The translations under genes were made by a program, and so were the position numbers. From Candidatus Gottesmanbacteria bacterium (lineage in GTDB: Bacteria; Patescibacteriota; Microgenomatia; 2-02-FULL-39-11): a stretch of DNA of 64,000 nt. Below are positions 35,385-43,674 of the stretch, piece by piece. Position 1 is the stretch's first letter. Every line of letters starts with the position of its first letter. Below the pieces are notes generated by a model. The model had not been told where the DNA came from. It saw only the letters and a program-made list of their open reading frames with translations, and did not search any database. The DNA lies in the NCBI GenBank assembly GCA_016186795.1, contig JACPKY010000001.1, forward strand, positions 65,357 to 129,356. Direction: 5' to 3'.

Positions 35385-35651
35385 CTATTCCCATACTTCC
35401 AATCCTTTATAAATAAGTTGTTTTAAGAAAGATTGGTATGGAATATCCATTTTATGAGCCCGAATCTTGACCCGATCAATGAGTCCAACTGGAAGTCTTA
35501 TTGTGATGGGACGGGTTGTAAGCCGGAGATTGGGAAAACTGACTCTTACCGCTTTGGAATAATCCACATACTCGGTAGAATCGTGCGTTTGCCACCATTC
35601 TCGTTCTTCTTTCTCATTGTCAAATTTTGGAATCTTTTTCAACTTCTTCAT
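35385..35651 (-). CDS. brnA: BrnA-type antitoxin (second copy)
   Basis: ...REWWQTHDSTEYVDYSKAVRVSFPNLRLTTRPITIRLPVGLIDRVKIRAHKMDIPYQSFLKQLIYKGL fits the BrnA consensus. Overlaps the 3' end of the BrnT gene by 32 nt. Confidence 0.6.
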   Translation of the reverse strand: MKKLKKIPKFDNEKEEREWWQTHDSTEYVDYSKAVRVSFPNLRLTTRPITIRLPVGLIDRVKIRAHKMDIPYQSFLKQLIYKGLEVWE

Positions 35652-35943
35652 ATTGCCTCCTTTCTTTTTTATTTGCAGCTCTTACAGAAATAATTCTGAT
35701 AAAAATTCCCCGTATGGTAAATATTGCGAATAGTCTTTTCCGATTGACTGTTTTTCCTATGGCGATAAACCGTTCTTCTTTTTCTGAATGGGATACGTCT
35801 TCAAGGAAGAGAATCTGTTCATCCAGAAATATTTCTTCTGCTTCCCTCGGTGTAATTCCATGCTTCTGATAGCTTTTATCAATATTTCCCTTGTCCCATT
35901 CAAATTGAAAAGGCTTCTGGAAATCAACCATTGTACATATCAT
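35620..35943 (-). CDS. brnT: BrnT-family toxin (DUF497), second copy
   Basis: FQFEWDKGNIDKSYQKHGITPREAEEIFLDEQILFLEDVSHSEKEERFIAIGKTVNRKRLFAIFTIRGIFIRIISVRAANKKERRQYEE matches the DUF497 consensus including IRIISAR...ER..YE. Confidence 0.7.
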   Translation of the reverse strand: MICTMVDFQKPFQFEWDKGNIDKSYQKHGITPREAEEIFLDEQILFLEDVSHSEKEERFIAIGKTVNRKRLFAIFTIRGIFIRIISVRAANKKERRQYEEVEKDSKI

Positions 35944-36115
35944 ATATGTACACTATTTACCTGTCAAGTTTTTCGCTTCTCCTCTTTCATTTTTTATCCC
36001 TCTATGATATAGTTACCCTACCTCGGAAAACTCTGAGGAAGTTGGCCTAAACGGCAACGAGATACCTCTTTACGCTTTCCATTTTTGTATCCGTTGTATC
36101 CGTTTCAATTTAATC

Positions 36116-36538
36116 ATGGCAAAAAAAGTAAAGACGATCATTAAACTCAACCTCCCAGCCGGTGAAGCAACTCCTGCACCCCCTGTTGGTCCGGCTCTTG
36201 GACAGCATGGGGTCCCTATTATGGATTTTGTCCGCGCGTATAACGAAAAAACCGCAAAGCTCAAAGGACAGATAATCCCTGCTGTCATTACCGTCTACGT
36301 TGATCGAACATTTGCGTTTATCACGAAACTCCCGCCGGTTGCCGAGATGATCAAAAAGAAGCTTGGCATCCAGAAAGGATCTGGAAAAACAGGTCGGGAA
36401 CAGGCAGGGATACTCAAAAAGGCCCAAGTTGAGGAAATTGCCAAGGAAAAAATGGCAGATTTAAACTGTGACACGGTTGAGTCTGCAGTAAAAGTTGTAG
36501 AAGGAACAGCAAGGAGCATGGGAGTGAAAGTAGAATAA
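36116..36538 (+). CDS. rplK: 50S ribosomal protein L11
   Basis: [33 protein letters not shown]...; full-length, about 140 aa. Confidence 0.9.
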   Translation: MAKKVKTIIKLNLPAGEATPAPPVGPALGQHGVPIMDFVRAYNEKTAKLKGQIIPAVITVYVDRTFAFITKLPPVAEMIKKKLGIQKGSGKTGREQAGILKKAQVEEIAKEKMADLNCDTVESAVKVVEGTARSMGVKVE

Positions 36539-36539
36539 T

Positions 36540-37412
36540 ATGGGTAAAATACGTGTTTCAACATTAGGTAGTGAGGAAGAGCAAGAGATTCGAAATAAGC
36601 AGAAAACTCGCCGTGAAGAGAAAAAGAAGCGAGTACAAGCTGCAAAAGTCCATATTTCCGGGATGAAAGGTGGCGAGAGAGTCAAAAGTGTCGGCGCAGA
36701 ATCTGAAGAAGAAATAGAAAGACTGGCAAAATTGACAGAAGAAGTAGAAAAAGACCAGGCAGAAGGTATTAAAATCGGTGAAAAGCCGGAAAAAAAGAAA
36801 AAGTTTAAGGTTAGAGAGCGTTCCCCCCGCTATAAGCAGGCAGCAATGAAAGTAGATCAGGGGAAGATATATCCGATTTCTGAAGCACTACCTCTTCTTC
36901 GGAATATTTCGCTAACCTCATTTGATGCAACGGTTGAACTCCATATTAATACTACGGAGAAAGGTCTGCGGGGGGCGGTCACCCTCCCTCACGGGACAGG
37001 AAAAGAAGTTCGTGTAGAAATTGCCAACACTACGACAATTGACAAAATTATTGAAAAAGTAGAAAAAGGCACAATTGACTTTGATGCTCTCATCGCCCAC
37101 CCTCAAGTGATGCCCCAACTTGCCAAAATCGCACGGTATTTAGGCCCAAAAGGTCTTATGCCCAACCCAAAAGCCGGAACAATCTCACAAACTCCAGAAA
37201 AAGTTGCAGAGAAGCTTAGAGGCGGAGAAATCCAGTGGAAAACAGAATCAGATTTCCCTCTCATTCACATGCGCCTAGGGAAACTCTCGTTTAAAGACAA
37301 CCAACTTGAGGAAAACTTCAAAACGCTCATCAAAGCAATCGGTGAGACAAAAATCAAGGCCATCACCCTTAAGTCAACGATGAGTCCTGGAATAAAAGTG
37401 CAAGTAGAATAG
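36540..37412 (+). CDS. rplA: 50S ribosomal protein L1 (with about 85-aa K/E-rich N-terminal extension if the first ATG is used)
   Basis: L1 core begins at ...RYKQAAMKVDQGKIYPISEALPLLRN... and continues through ...GPKGLMPNPKAGT.... The ORF starts 2 nt after the rplK stop with MGKIRVSTLGSEEEQEIRNKQKTRREEKKKR.... Confidence 0.85.
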   Translation: MGKIRVSTLGSEEEQEIRNKQKTRREEKKKRVQAAKVHISGMKGGERVKSVGAESEEEIERLAKLTEEVEKDQAEGIKIGEKPEKKKKFKVRERSPRYKQAAMKVDQGKIYPISEALPLLRNISLTSFDATVELHINTTEKGLRGAVTLPHGTGKEVRVEIANTTTIDKIIEKVEKGTIDFDALIAHPQVMPQLAKIARYLGPKGLMPNPKAGTISQTPEKVAEKLRGGEIQWKTESDFPLIHMRLGKLSFKDNQLEENFKTLIKAIGETKIKAITLKSTMSPGIKVQVE

Positions 37413-37480
37413 TCATAACCTCAAACCCGTCCGCCTACTGGCGGATCCACCATGAGTCCGGGGATAAAAGTCCAATTCCC
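37380..37480. repeat. Degenerate direct duplication of the rplA 3' terminus flanking a hairpin (insertion scar)
   Basis: 37380-37408 atgagtcctggaataaaagtgcaagtaga versus 37452-37480 atgagtccggggataaaagtccaattccc (about 80% identity over the first 20 nt). Between them lies the hairpin gtccgcc-tact-ggcggat (37428-37446). Confidence 0.5.
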
Positions 37481-37509
37481 TTGACAATTCCTACCAACAA
37501 TCATATACT
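37481..37509 (+). promoter_or_regulatory. Sigma70-like promoter for the vapB-like/PIN cassette
   Basis: TTGACA, a 17-nt spacer, then TATACT, starting immediately after the duplicated rplA terminus. Confidence 0.45.
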
Positions 37510-37531
37510 GAGTATGAATTCATTTCATACT

Positions 37532-37759
37532 ATGGATACTCAACGCATCACCATCAGTCTTCCTGGATACATCTATAAACGTCTCAGAAAGACAATACCG
37601 TCTCGTGGTATAAGCCAATTTGTGGCAAAAACCGTGGAAAAAGAACTTATGGATATGAAAGCAGAAGACCCTATCCAAGGATTTTTTGAACTTCAGAATC
37701 ATTTTCCAAAACTGACCACAAAACAAATTCTCAACGCAATCAGAAAAGGAAGAACGTGA
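37532..37759 (+). CDS. RHH (CopG/Arc-like) antitoxin
   Basis: MDTQRITISLPGYIYKRLRKTIPSRGISQFVAKTVEKEL is the ribbon-helix-helix N-terminal beta-strand plus helices. Its stop overlaps the start of the PIN gene by 4 nt. Confidence 0.5.
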   Translation: MDTQRITISLPGYIYKRLRKTIPSRGISQFVAKTVEKELMDMKAEDPIQGFFELQNHFPKLTTKQILNAIRKGRT

Positions 37760-38169
37760 AGATTTTTATTGTGGATGCTTCTATACTGCTCCGAACTCTC
37801 TCAAATAAAGGTGGTACCGCTGACATTTTCCTTCGGAAACTTCTTGCAGACCAAAAAAGCAATTCTACTCATCTCTATTCCACTTCATTTCTGATGATAG
37901 AAGTTGCAAATGGATTACGTTTCTCTCTTGGCGATGAAAAATTTGCTAGAGATTCCCTAAGACGGCTTTCAATTCTGCCAATTCGGTATATCGAAATAAC
38001 CAGTTCTTATCTCGAAGAAGCGCTACGGTGGTCCTATACGTACAAAACAACCGTCTACGACAGTATCTATCATGTCGTAGCAAAAATGCTTGATGGGACG
38101 TTTCTGACATGCGATGACGAGTATTACCAGAAAGCAAAATCAGTCGGGAATATCAAGCTTCTCAGTTAA
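37756..38169 (+). CDS. vapC: PIN-domain toxin (VapC-like), second copy
   Basis: MKIFIVDASILL (first conserved Asp), ...FLMIEVANGL..., ...IYHVVAKMLDGTFLTCDDEYY (conserved C-terminal Asp). Confidence 0.7.
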   Translation: MKIFIVDASILLRTLSNKGGTADIFLRKLLADQKSNSTHLYSTSFLMIEVANGLRFSLGDEKFARDSLRRLSILPIRYIEITSSYLEEALRWSYTYKTTVYDSIYHVVAKMLDGTFLTCDDEYYQKAKSVGNIKLLS

Positions 38170-38582
38170 CATTTGACTTCTCTTCCCTACTTTTTTACAA
38201 TACTTTCTTAGTAGTGACAATGATGTCCTCCCAGTAACATGGGAGGCTTATTTTAAGGAAGGCACTTTAACATCTGCATACCCAAATAGCCAAAACCCGG
38301 AACGCAGTAATGAGGAAATAACGTCGTACTAACTGATCTCAGCTTTATCTCTTGGGGTCCTGCCGCGCGGCAGCCCAAAAATCATCCACAAGGGGTCCCC
38401 GATTTTCGGGCTCCCGCCTTGCGTCACCCCTACATCTGTGTTGATGTCAGTTTATTACGGTTGAATAGAAGTGCTTATTTTCTCTCTGCTGCGTTCTTGG
38501 TTCATGGCGAAGATGTATCGTGGGCGGGTATACATTTGAAACGTGAACAAAGAAAGCAGCGATTCCAAGGAGGAACCAAACC

Positions 38583-38798
38583 ATGAAAAACCCGATTTTG
38601 ATCCTGGCACTTGGAGCAGCCATAGTTGCTCTTGCGCTGACTCAACTTGGCGGTGCTACTCTACCTACAAACGAACCGAATTGGAGATGTAAACCAAACG
38701 GTCACCGCTTCTATTCGGCGACGAAACCTGCCAAGTGCCCTTCATGCTATTCCGGCGACATCGAACCGTTCAGCTATCCTGGCGCGAAGAAAACCTAA
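38583..38798 (+). CDS. Small secreted Cys-containing protein (71 aa) on a GC-rich segment
   Basis: Signal peptide MKNPILILALGAAIVALALTQLGGA, then CKPNGH...CPSCYSG (zinc-ribbon-like C..H...CxxC). Preceded by a GGAGGAAC RBS. Confidence 0.3.
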   Translation: MKNPILILALGAAIVALALTQLGGATLPTNEPNWRCKPNGHRFYSATKPAKCPSCYSGDIEPFSYPGAKKT

Positions 38799-39175
38799 CC
38801 GTCGCCCGGCGCGATTCCAATTGCCACAAAACCCGCCCGTTTGTATTCAATCTCAGTATAATTGCAAGGTAGGAGATACAGAAATCTCAAGTATCATCAT
38901 AATCATCTGTATCTCCTGTCTGAAGGGAGGTTTTATTTTTTTTTGCGGTATGCAGTTTTTTCCGGTTTTATTGGGGTTGATTTTTGAAGGATCAAAGCAA
39001 TTGATCCCTCTTGCAATAACCCCAATAAGACTTAGAGCCTGTTTGAGAAGTCCCTTTCGTTACGAAAGGTTGCAGGTTCAAGCGAAAACAGCGCATCATG
39101 ACGAAGGAGTATACGAAGGTATACTTCTAGGAATGATAAGCTGTTTGCAGCTGAATCCTGCAATCTTGCAGTAGA

Positions 39176-40126
39176 ATGCGACTTTTCAAACAGGCTCTTA
39201 AATCAAAAATCCCCTTAATTCCTTTTGCGGAATCTGAGGGGATTTTTGCTGTTGATTTCATTGGTTTGAACCTCTACAATGCGCCCATGCCAGCCGAAAG
39301 ACTTGCTGCTTTACCTATTGATGAAATTCTAGAGTACGAACAGATACGTCGAGATGCCCTCCAATCTCGACTTCTTGCTGTATATCGCTGGATTCCTGAT
39401 GTACTTGGACATGATATGCGATTTCCTGTAGGTTATTTTGCCGATATCGGAGGATACGATCTTTTCCAAACTGGGACTATCGCACAATTTGCCCACCATA
39501 TTACAGAAATTGATATTGATAAAGATATCATGGAGAAAGGCAAAAGTCGTCCTGAAGTCCAGGAGCTTATTAAAGCTGGAAGTGTAGATTTTGTTGTCCA
39601 TGATGCTCAGAATTTACCCATGATCCCTTCCCGCTCACAAGATATTACTGCACTTGTAGAAGTTTTGGGTGCAGGGCTTGAGGGCCCTGAAGAATTTCAA
39701 ACTGTCTATAACGTTATTCACGAAGCTCAAAGGATAACCGCTCCTCATGGCGCCTTGGTATTAACTGCCAAAAATGCTGTCCTTGCGCTTCATCTAGCCG
39801 GACTTGGAGTCCATATGGAAAAAGGTATCCCGGTTCATATAGAACAGCTGGAGTTTTTAAACCAGATGTTTGGAAAAGTAACAGTATATGGACAAATAAA
39901 TTATTTCAATGCATATGATGATGGAAGAGATAGATTATGGCTAAGACCTCCTCCGGGAACAGCCGCTTATGATTCCAAAGGTCGTAGATATATGAGATAC
40001 ACAGATGATGACCTTATTCCCCGTCTTTACCTTCCTGAGGCTGATGTAACTCCTGCATTTATGGTATTAGTCTGTCAATACCCTATAGATTTGGAAGAAC
40101 GGCATATAGGTATTGACAACACGTAG
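39176..40126 (+). CDS. Hypothetical protein, possible class I SAM-dependent methyltransferase fold
   Basis: YFADIGGYDLF (motif I-like hhDhGxG), ITEIDIDKD (acidic end of beta2), DFVVHDAQNLP (motif II-like). Ends 4 nt before the IS1595 transposase gene. GC-rich. Confidence 0.35.
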   Translation: MRLFKQALKSKIPLIPFAESEGIFAVDFIGLNLYNAPMPAERLAALPIDEILEYEQIRRDALQSRLLAVYRWIPDVLGHDMRFPVGYFADIGGYDLFQTGTIAQFAHHITEIDIDKDIMEKGKSRPEVQELIKAGSVDFVVHDAQNLPMIPSRSQDITALVEVLGAGLEGPEEFQTVYNVIHEAQRITAPHGALVLTAKNAVLALHLAGLGVHMEKGIPVHIEQLEFLNQMFGKVTVYGQINYFNAYDDGRDRLWLRPPPGTAAYDSKGRRYMRYTDDDLIPRLYLPEADVTPAFMVLVCQYPIDLEERHIGIDNT

Positions 40127-40150
40127 TAGATGTGTTATACTGAGGCTAAC

Positions 40151-41041
40151 ATGAAACAGTTTAGCCTCAAAACATTTTTGCGAAAATATCCTAATGACGA
40201 AGCGTGCCTAGAGGAGATTAAGAATACCCGTTGGCCTCAAGGTATTACTTGCCCCAAATGCCAAAAAATCACCAAATTCTATAAAATAACAGACCGCACA
40301 GCTTACTCTTGTGAGTTCTGTAGGACGCAGGTATTCCCATTAGCAGGTACTATCTTTGAGAAAAGCACAGTATCCCTTAGATTATGGTTTTATGCCATGT
40401 TTTTGATGATTAAGACACGGTCTGGTATATCTGCAAAACAACTAGAGAGAGAATTAGGAGTTTGTTACAAAACCGCCCACCGCATATTTAAGCAAATCCG
40501 TATGCTTATGGACGAAGGAAACGGAGATAAATTGACAGGAAATGTAGAAGTAGATGAAACATTTATCGGCGGAAGGGGTGTGAATAGAAGATATAAGCCT
40601 AATTTTAGTGAGATACCAAAAGAAGTAGTTATGGGTATGATACAAAGAAACGGAAAAGCATATTTAAGACATATACCAAACACAGGTAAATGGACACTTC
40701 TAAAACAGATAAGAGATAATGTTGATGTAAAAGCACGAGTTATTACAGACCAATGGTTAGCTTATGGTAGTTTACCCAAATATGGATATAAACACGATTT
40801 TGTAAATCATCAGGAAACCTATGTAAAAGGCGATATTCATACACAAAACGCAGAGATGATGTGGAGTATCTTAAAAAGAGATATTTACGGAGTTTATCGC
40901 CATGTATCGGCTCAATATTTACAAAATTATGCCAACGAATATGCCTGGCGATACAACCATAGAAACAGTGAAGATATGTTTACTGATTTACTCAAGCAGA
41001 TTGCTTTGGTGAAGGTCGTGAAGGCGAAACAGCTCGTCTGA
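40151..41041 (+). CDS. IS1595-family (ISXO2-like) transposase
   Basis: N-terminal transposase zinc-ribbon (CPKCQKITKFYKITDRTAYSCEFCRTQ), then the DDE_Tnp_IS1595 core (VEVDETFIGG..., ...ITDQWLAYGSL..., ...HQETYVKGDIHTQNAE...). Confidence 0.8.
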   Translation: MKQFSLKTFLRKYPNDEACLEEIKNTRWPQGITCPKCQKITKFYKITDRTAYSCEFCRTQVFPLAGTIFEKSTVSLRLWFYAMFLMIKTRSGISAKQLERELGVCYKTAHRIFKQIRMLMDEGNGDKLTGNVEVDETFIGGRGVNRRYKPNFSEIPKEVVMGMIQRNGKAYLRHIPNTGKWTLLKQIRDNVDVKARVITDQWLAYGSLPKYGYKHDFVNHQETYVKGDIHTQNAEMMWSILKRDIYGVYRHVSAQYLQNYANEYAWRYNHRNSEDMFTDLLKQIALVKVVKAKQLV

Positions 41042-41122
41042 GAAGTTCTAAGAAGTCTTTTTTTTCAATCGTTGGATTTTTCTTTAATTGTCCGTTCTTA
41101 AGAGAGAATTTTGTTTTTTTCA

Positions 41123-41356
41123 TTATTTACATTCCTTAATCCATTCTTCTTCAGGAATACCTGTTCTTTTCACCATTTCTTTTACGTTTTTCCAATGAAT
41201 AGTTTTATAATTAAAGATTACTTGAACACTTTTAGTTATACCATTTTCGTTTTTTATATATGTTTCGTGTGTTCCTTCTCTATTTATAAATTCCCACCCT
41301 CTATTAATTAGAAACCTAGCCGCTTTTTCTGGTCTTAGATTGTTAACCTTTGTCAT
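41123..41356 (-). CDS. hicA: HicA-family mRNA-interferase toxin
   Basis: LRPEKAARFLINRGWEFINREGTHETYIKNENGITKSVQVIFNYKTIHWKNVKEMVKRTGIPEEEW follows the HicA/YcfA pattern (L.K.GW....GSH..Y.....G......P.H....I..G.L..IL...GI). Confidence 0.7.
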   Translation of the reverse strand: MTKVNNLRPEKAARFLINRGWEFINREGTHETYIKNENGITKSVQVIFNYKTIHWKNVKEMVKRTGIPEEEWIKECK

Positions 41357-41733
41357 TATTGGAATGCAATTCGTTGTCCTTCATAGGGAAGATTTATGAG
41401 AGTAAAATAAGAGGGTTTTTTATTTTTGGCGATAGGGTTCTTTTTGTTAAAAGACCTATTAATTAATTCACTCGCATATTCAATTTCTTTTAACTTGTCT
41501 AAGAATCTTTTTTCTGGAATTTGATTTAAATAGTCTTCAGAAAGCTTTTTTTTCCTGACTGTTTTTAAATACGACAAAGATGCCTCTTCAATACTTTGTT
41601 TGAGCTTTTTAGGATCAGAGTCATATTCTACTAAATTTAAATTCAAACAAACTGCAACATAATCTTCATCTTCCTTATACATTATGTAAGTAAAAAATCC
41701 TTTATCTTTAGTATTTAAGTAAGTTTTAAGCAT
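41356..41733 (-). CDS. hicB: HicB-like antitoxin (UPF0150 fold)
   Basis: FTYIMYKEDEDYVAVCLNLNLVEYDSDPKKLKQSIEEASLSYLKT resembles the HicB N-terminal RNase-H-like fold (Y.a...kE.dgy.a.cPeL.v...g.T.eEA..nl.EA). Its stop overlaps the hicA start. Confidence 0.55.
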   Translation of the reverse strand: MLKTYLNTKDKGFFTYIMYKEDEDYVAVCLNLNLVEYDSDPKKLKQSIEEASLSYLKTVRKKKLSEDYLNQIPEKRFLDKLKEIEYASELINRSFNKKNPIAKNKKPSYFTLINLPYEGQRIAFQ

Positions 41734-42046
41734 ATTACTTTCCCTTCTTAGGATAATTATTATCTCATGTCATGTCAATAGATCATAATCATTTGGAGCT
41801 TTGTAACAATCTAAAAAAAGGTGCTAATAAAAGTGTTAAAGGAGCGTATCATTTTTAATTTGATCTAGAAGTTAATTGAGGGATATAAAAGAGGGGTATT
41901 GATTTTTTGACAAATTAGTTGCAATAATGGTAATATACATGTCCTCTGTTCACTTGAAACATACTTTGATAGGTAGCTTTAAAATTAACTTGTTAGAAAT
42001 CTATGTTTTACCGAGTTAGGTAATAATAGTTTACTATTCTTTTCAA

Positions 42047-42081
42047 AGAAAAAACCTCGCATTCGCTTGCGGGGTTTTTTT
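42047..42081. terminator. Bidirectional rho-independent terminator-like hairpin
   Basis: aaaaaacctcgcattcgcttgcggggttttttt: GC-rich stem CCTCGCA/TGCGGGG flanked by an A-run and a T-run. Confidence 0.4.
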
Positions 42082-42590
42082 GTACGTTGATAAGTGTTCA
42101 CATGCAGCACTTCCTTCCTGTTTCTTGATTGAAGGTATGAAACACCTGAAGCTTGGTAATGTAGAAAAGGGGAAAGTTAACTTGGCTGTCTATCAAGGCA
42201 GGTTCCAAATATTATTTTGCAAATATCTAAAACTCCTGATTCCGCTGGTACAAGCTGGCTTACAGAAGGCCAATAAACCAGCGGAACCAAGAGTCTTAGT
42301 TCTGTAATTTGCTTGTTTTTTAAAGTGCTATTTTTCTAGAATCATTTTATCAAAAAAGCAGATGCAGTCAAGTAGTTCTGTGATATTTCTTCATAAATAG
42401 AAAAATGAGGCTAGATAAAAGTACTTTTCATTTACGTGTTCTCCCTACATATGTGCCGGAAGAACCTATTGCTAAAGTTGAACCCTTATGATATAAATAC
42501 CTTTATCCAAAGACAGTAGGCAACCATAAGACCTACCGAGGAAAAATTAGTATCTAGTATTTGGTATCAAGTATTTAGAAGATTAATTTA

Positions 42591-42613
42591 CCTCGGAAAT
42601 CCGAGGTTTTTTG
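42591..42613 (+). terminator. Hairpin plus T-run immediately upstream of rplJ (leader attenuator or terminator)
   Basis: cctcggaaatccgaggttttttg: stem CCTCGG/CCGAGG, loop AAAT, then T6. It ends 20 nt before the rplJ start. Confidence 0.4.
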
Positions 42614-42632
42614 TTATTTGTTTTCTGAAACT

Positions 42633-43181
42633 ATGCCATCACAGAAAAATAAAGACTTAGTATTAGTTTTAAAAGAAAAGCTCTCCAAAGCGTCAACTCT
42701 TTTCCTTACTGACTACCGGGGACTTACTCATCAGCAATTGGAACAACTTAGAAAGTCACTAAAAAAAGTCAAGGCGGAATATATCGTTGCTAAAAATACT
42801 CTTTTGAAAATTGCTTTGAAAGAGGATAAGCGCAAAGGTTTGGATGAAGAATCACGAACAAAACTAGAAGAAAAGCTTCAGGAACCAACTGCAACGCTTC
42901 TTTCATACGGTGACGAAATGGAAGCGATTAAAACCCTTGATACATTCATAAAATCAGCCCAAATTCCCAAAATAAAAATAGGATTTTTTGCCGGAAAAAT
43001 CGCTACAGAAATGGACTTTAAATCCCTTGCAAATCTCCCAAGCCGAGATGTACTTCTGGCAACTCTTGTTTCTCGCCTACAATCCCCTCTTTATGGGCTT
43101 CATCATGCCATGAGATGGAATCTGAGTAAATTGGTATATGCGTTAGATGCTGTTGCCAAGAAAAGGGCCATAAATTCGTAA
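42633..43181 (+). CDS. rplJ: 50S ribosomal protein L10
   Basis: MPSQKNKDLVLVLKEKLSKASTLFLTDYRGLTHQQLEQLRKSLKKVKAEYIVAKNTLLKIAL is the L10 N-terminal domain. The ORF extends 5 codons upstream, but MPSQ is the likely start. Confidence 0.85.
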   Translation: MPSQKNKDLVLVLKEKLSKASTLFLTDYRGLTHQQLEQLRKSLKKVKAEYIVAKNTLLKIALKEDKRKGLDEESRTKLEEKLQEPTATLLSYGDEMEAIKTLDTFIKSAQIPKIKIGFFAGKIATEMDFKSLANLPSRDVLLATLVSRLQSPLYGLHHAMRWNLSKLVYALDAVAKKRAINS

Positions 43182-43209
43182 TTTTCAAAGTAGAAAAAGG
43201 AGGTGATTT

Positions 43210-43611
43210 TTGATGGCAAAACATACAAAAGATGAACTATTAAAAGCTGTTGAGGAAATGACAGTCTTGGAACTAGCTGATTTTGTGAAATCGCTTGAGG
43301 AGAAATTCGGCGTTACAGCAGCAGCTCCTGTTGCAGTTGCCGCGTCTCCACAAGCAGGTGGTCCGCCAACTGGCGGAGGTGAAGCAGCTCCTGAACAAAC
43401 CTCATTTAATGTTGTTTTGGCAAATGCCGGAGCCAATAAAATCTCCGTCATTAAAGCAGTTCGGGAACTAGTTCCCACACTTGGCCTTCAGGAAGCAAAA
43501 ACACTCGTTGAATCTGCACCAAAGGAAGTTCTAACTGGTGTGAACAAAAAAACCGCAGAAGAAGTAAAGACAAAACTCACAGCAGCTGGTGCAACTGTTG
43601 AGTTGAAGTAA
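43210..43611 (+). CDS. rplL: 50S ribosomal protein L7/L12
   Basis: [34 protein letters not shown], then an Ala/Pro hinge, then [77 protein letters not shown] upstream. Confidence 0.9.
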   Translation: MMAKHTKDELLKAVEEMTVLELADFVKSLEEKFGVTAAAPVAVAASPQAGGPPTGGGEAAPEQTSFNVVLANAGANKISVIKAVRELVPTLGLQEAKTLVESAPKEVLTGVNKKTAEEVKTKLTAAGATVELK

Positions 43612-43639
43612 TTCTCGACAGTTTGTATAATCGCGTATT

Positions 43640-43662
43640 CCCCTCTTATTAGAGGGGTTTTA
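43640..43662 (+). terminator. Rho-independent terminator after rplL
   Basis: cccctcttattagagggg followed by tttt: 7-bp GC-rich stem, TATT loop, then a T-run. Confidence 0.6.
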
Positions 43663-43674
43663 CGTATAATTTTT

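Noticed and set aside
38647-39174. 175-aa ORF overlapping the small secreted-protein ORF in another frame
   Set aside because: No start context. The sequence (run of Ile codons, low complexity) looks non-protein-like, and it overlaps a better-supported small ORF with RBS and signal peptide. The region may be partly non-coding or RNA.
42080-42307. 75-aa ORF in the AT-rich spacer before rplJ
   Set aside because: Begins inside a terminator hairpin, with no RBS. The region is more plausibly the rplJL leader or intergenic.
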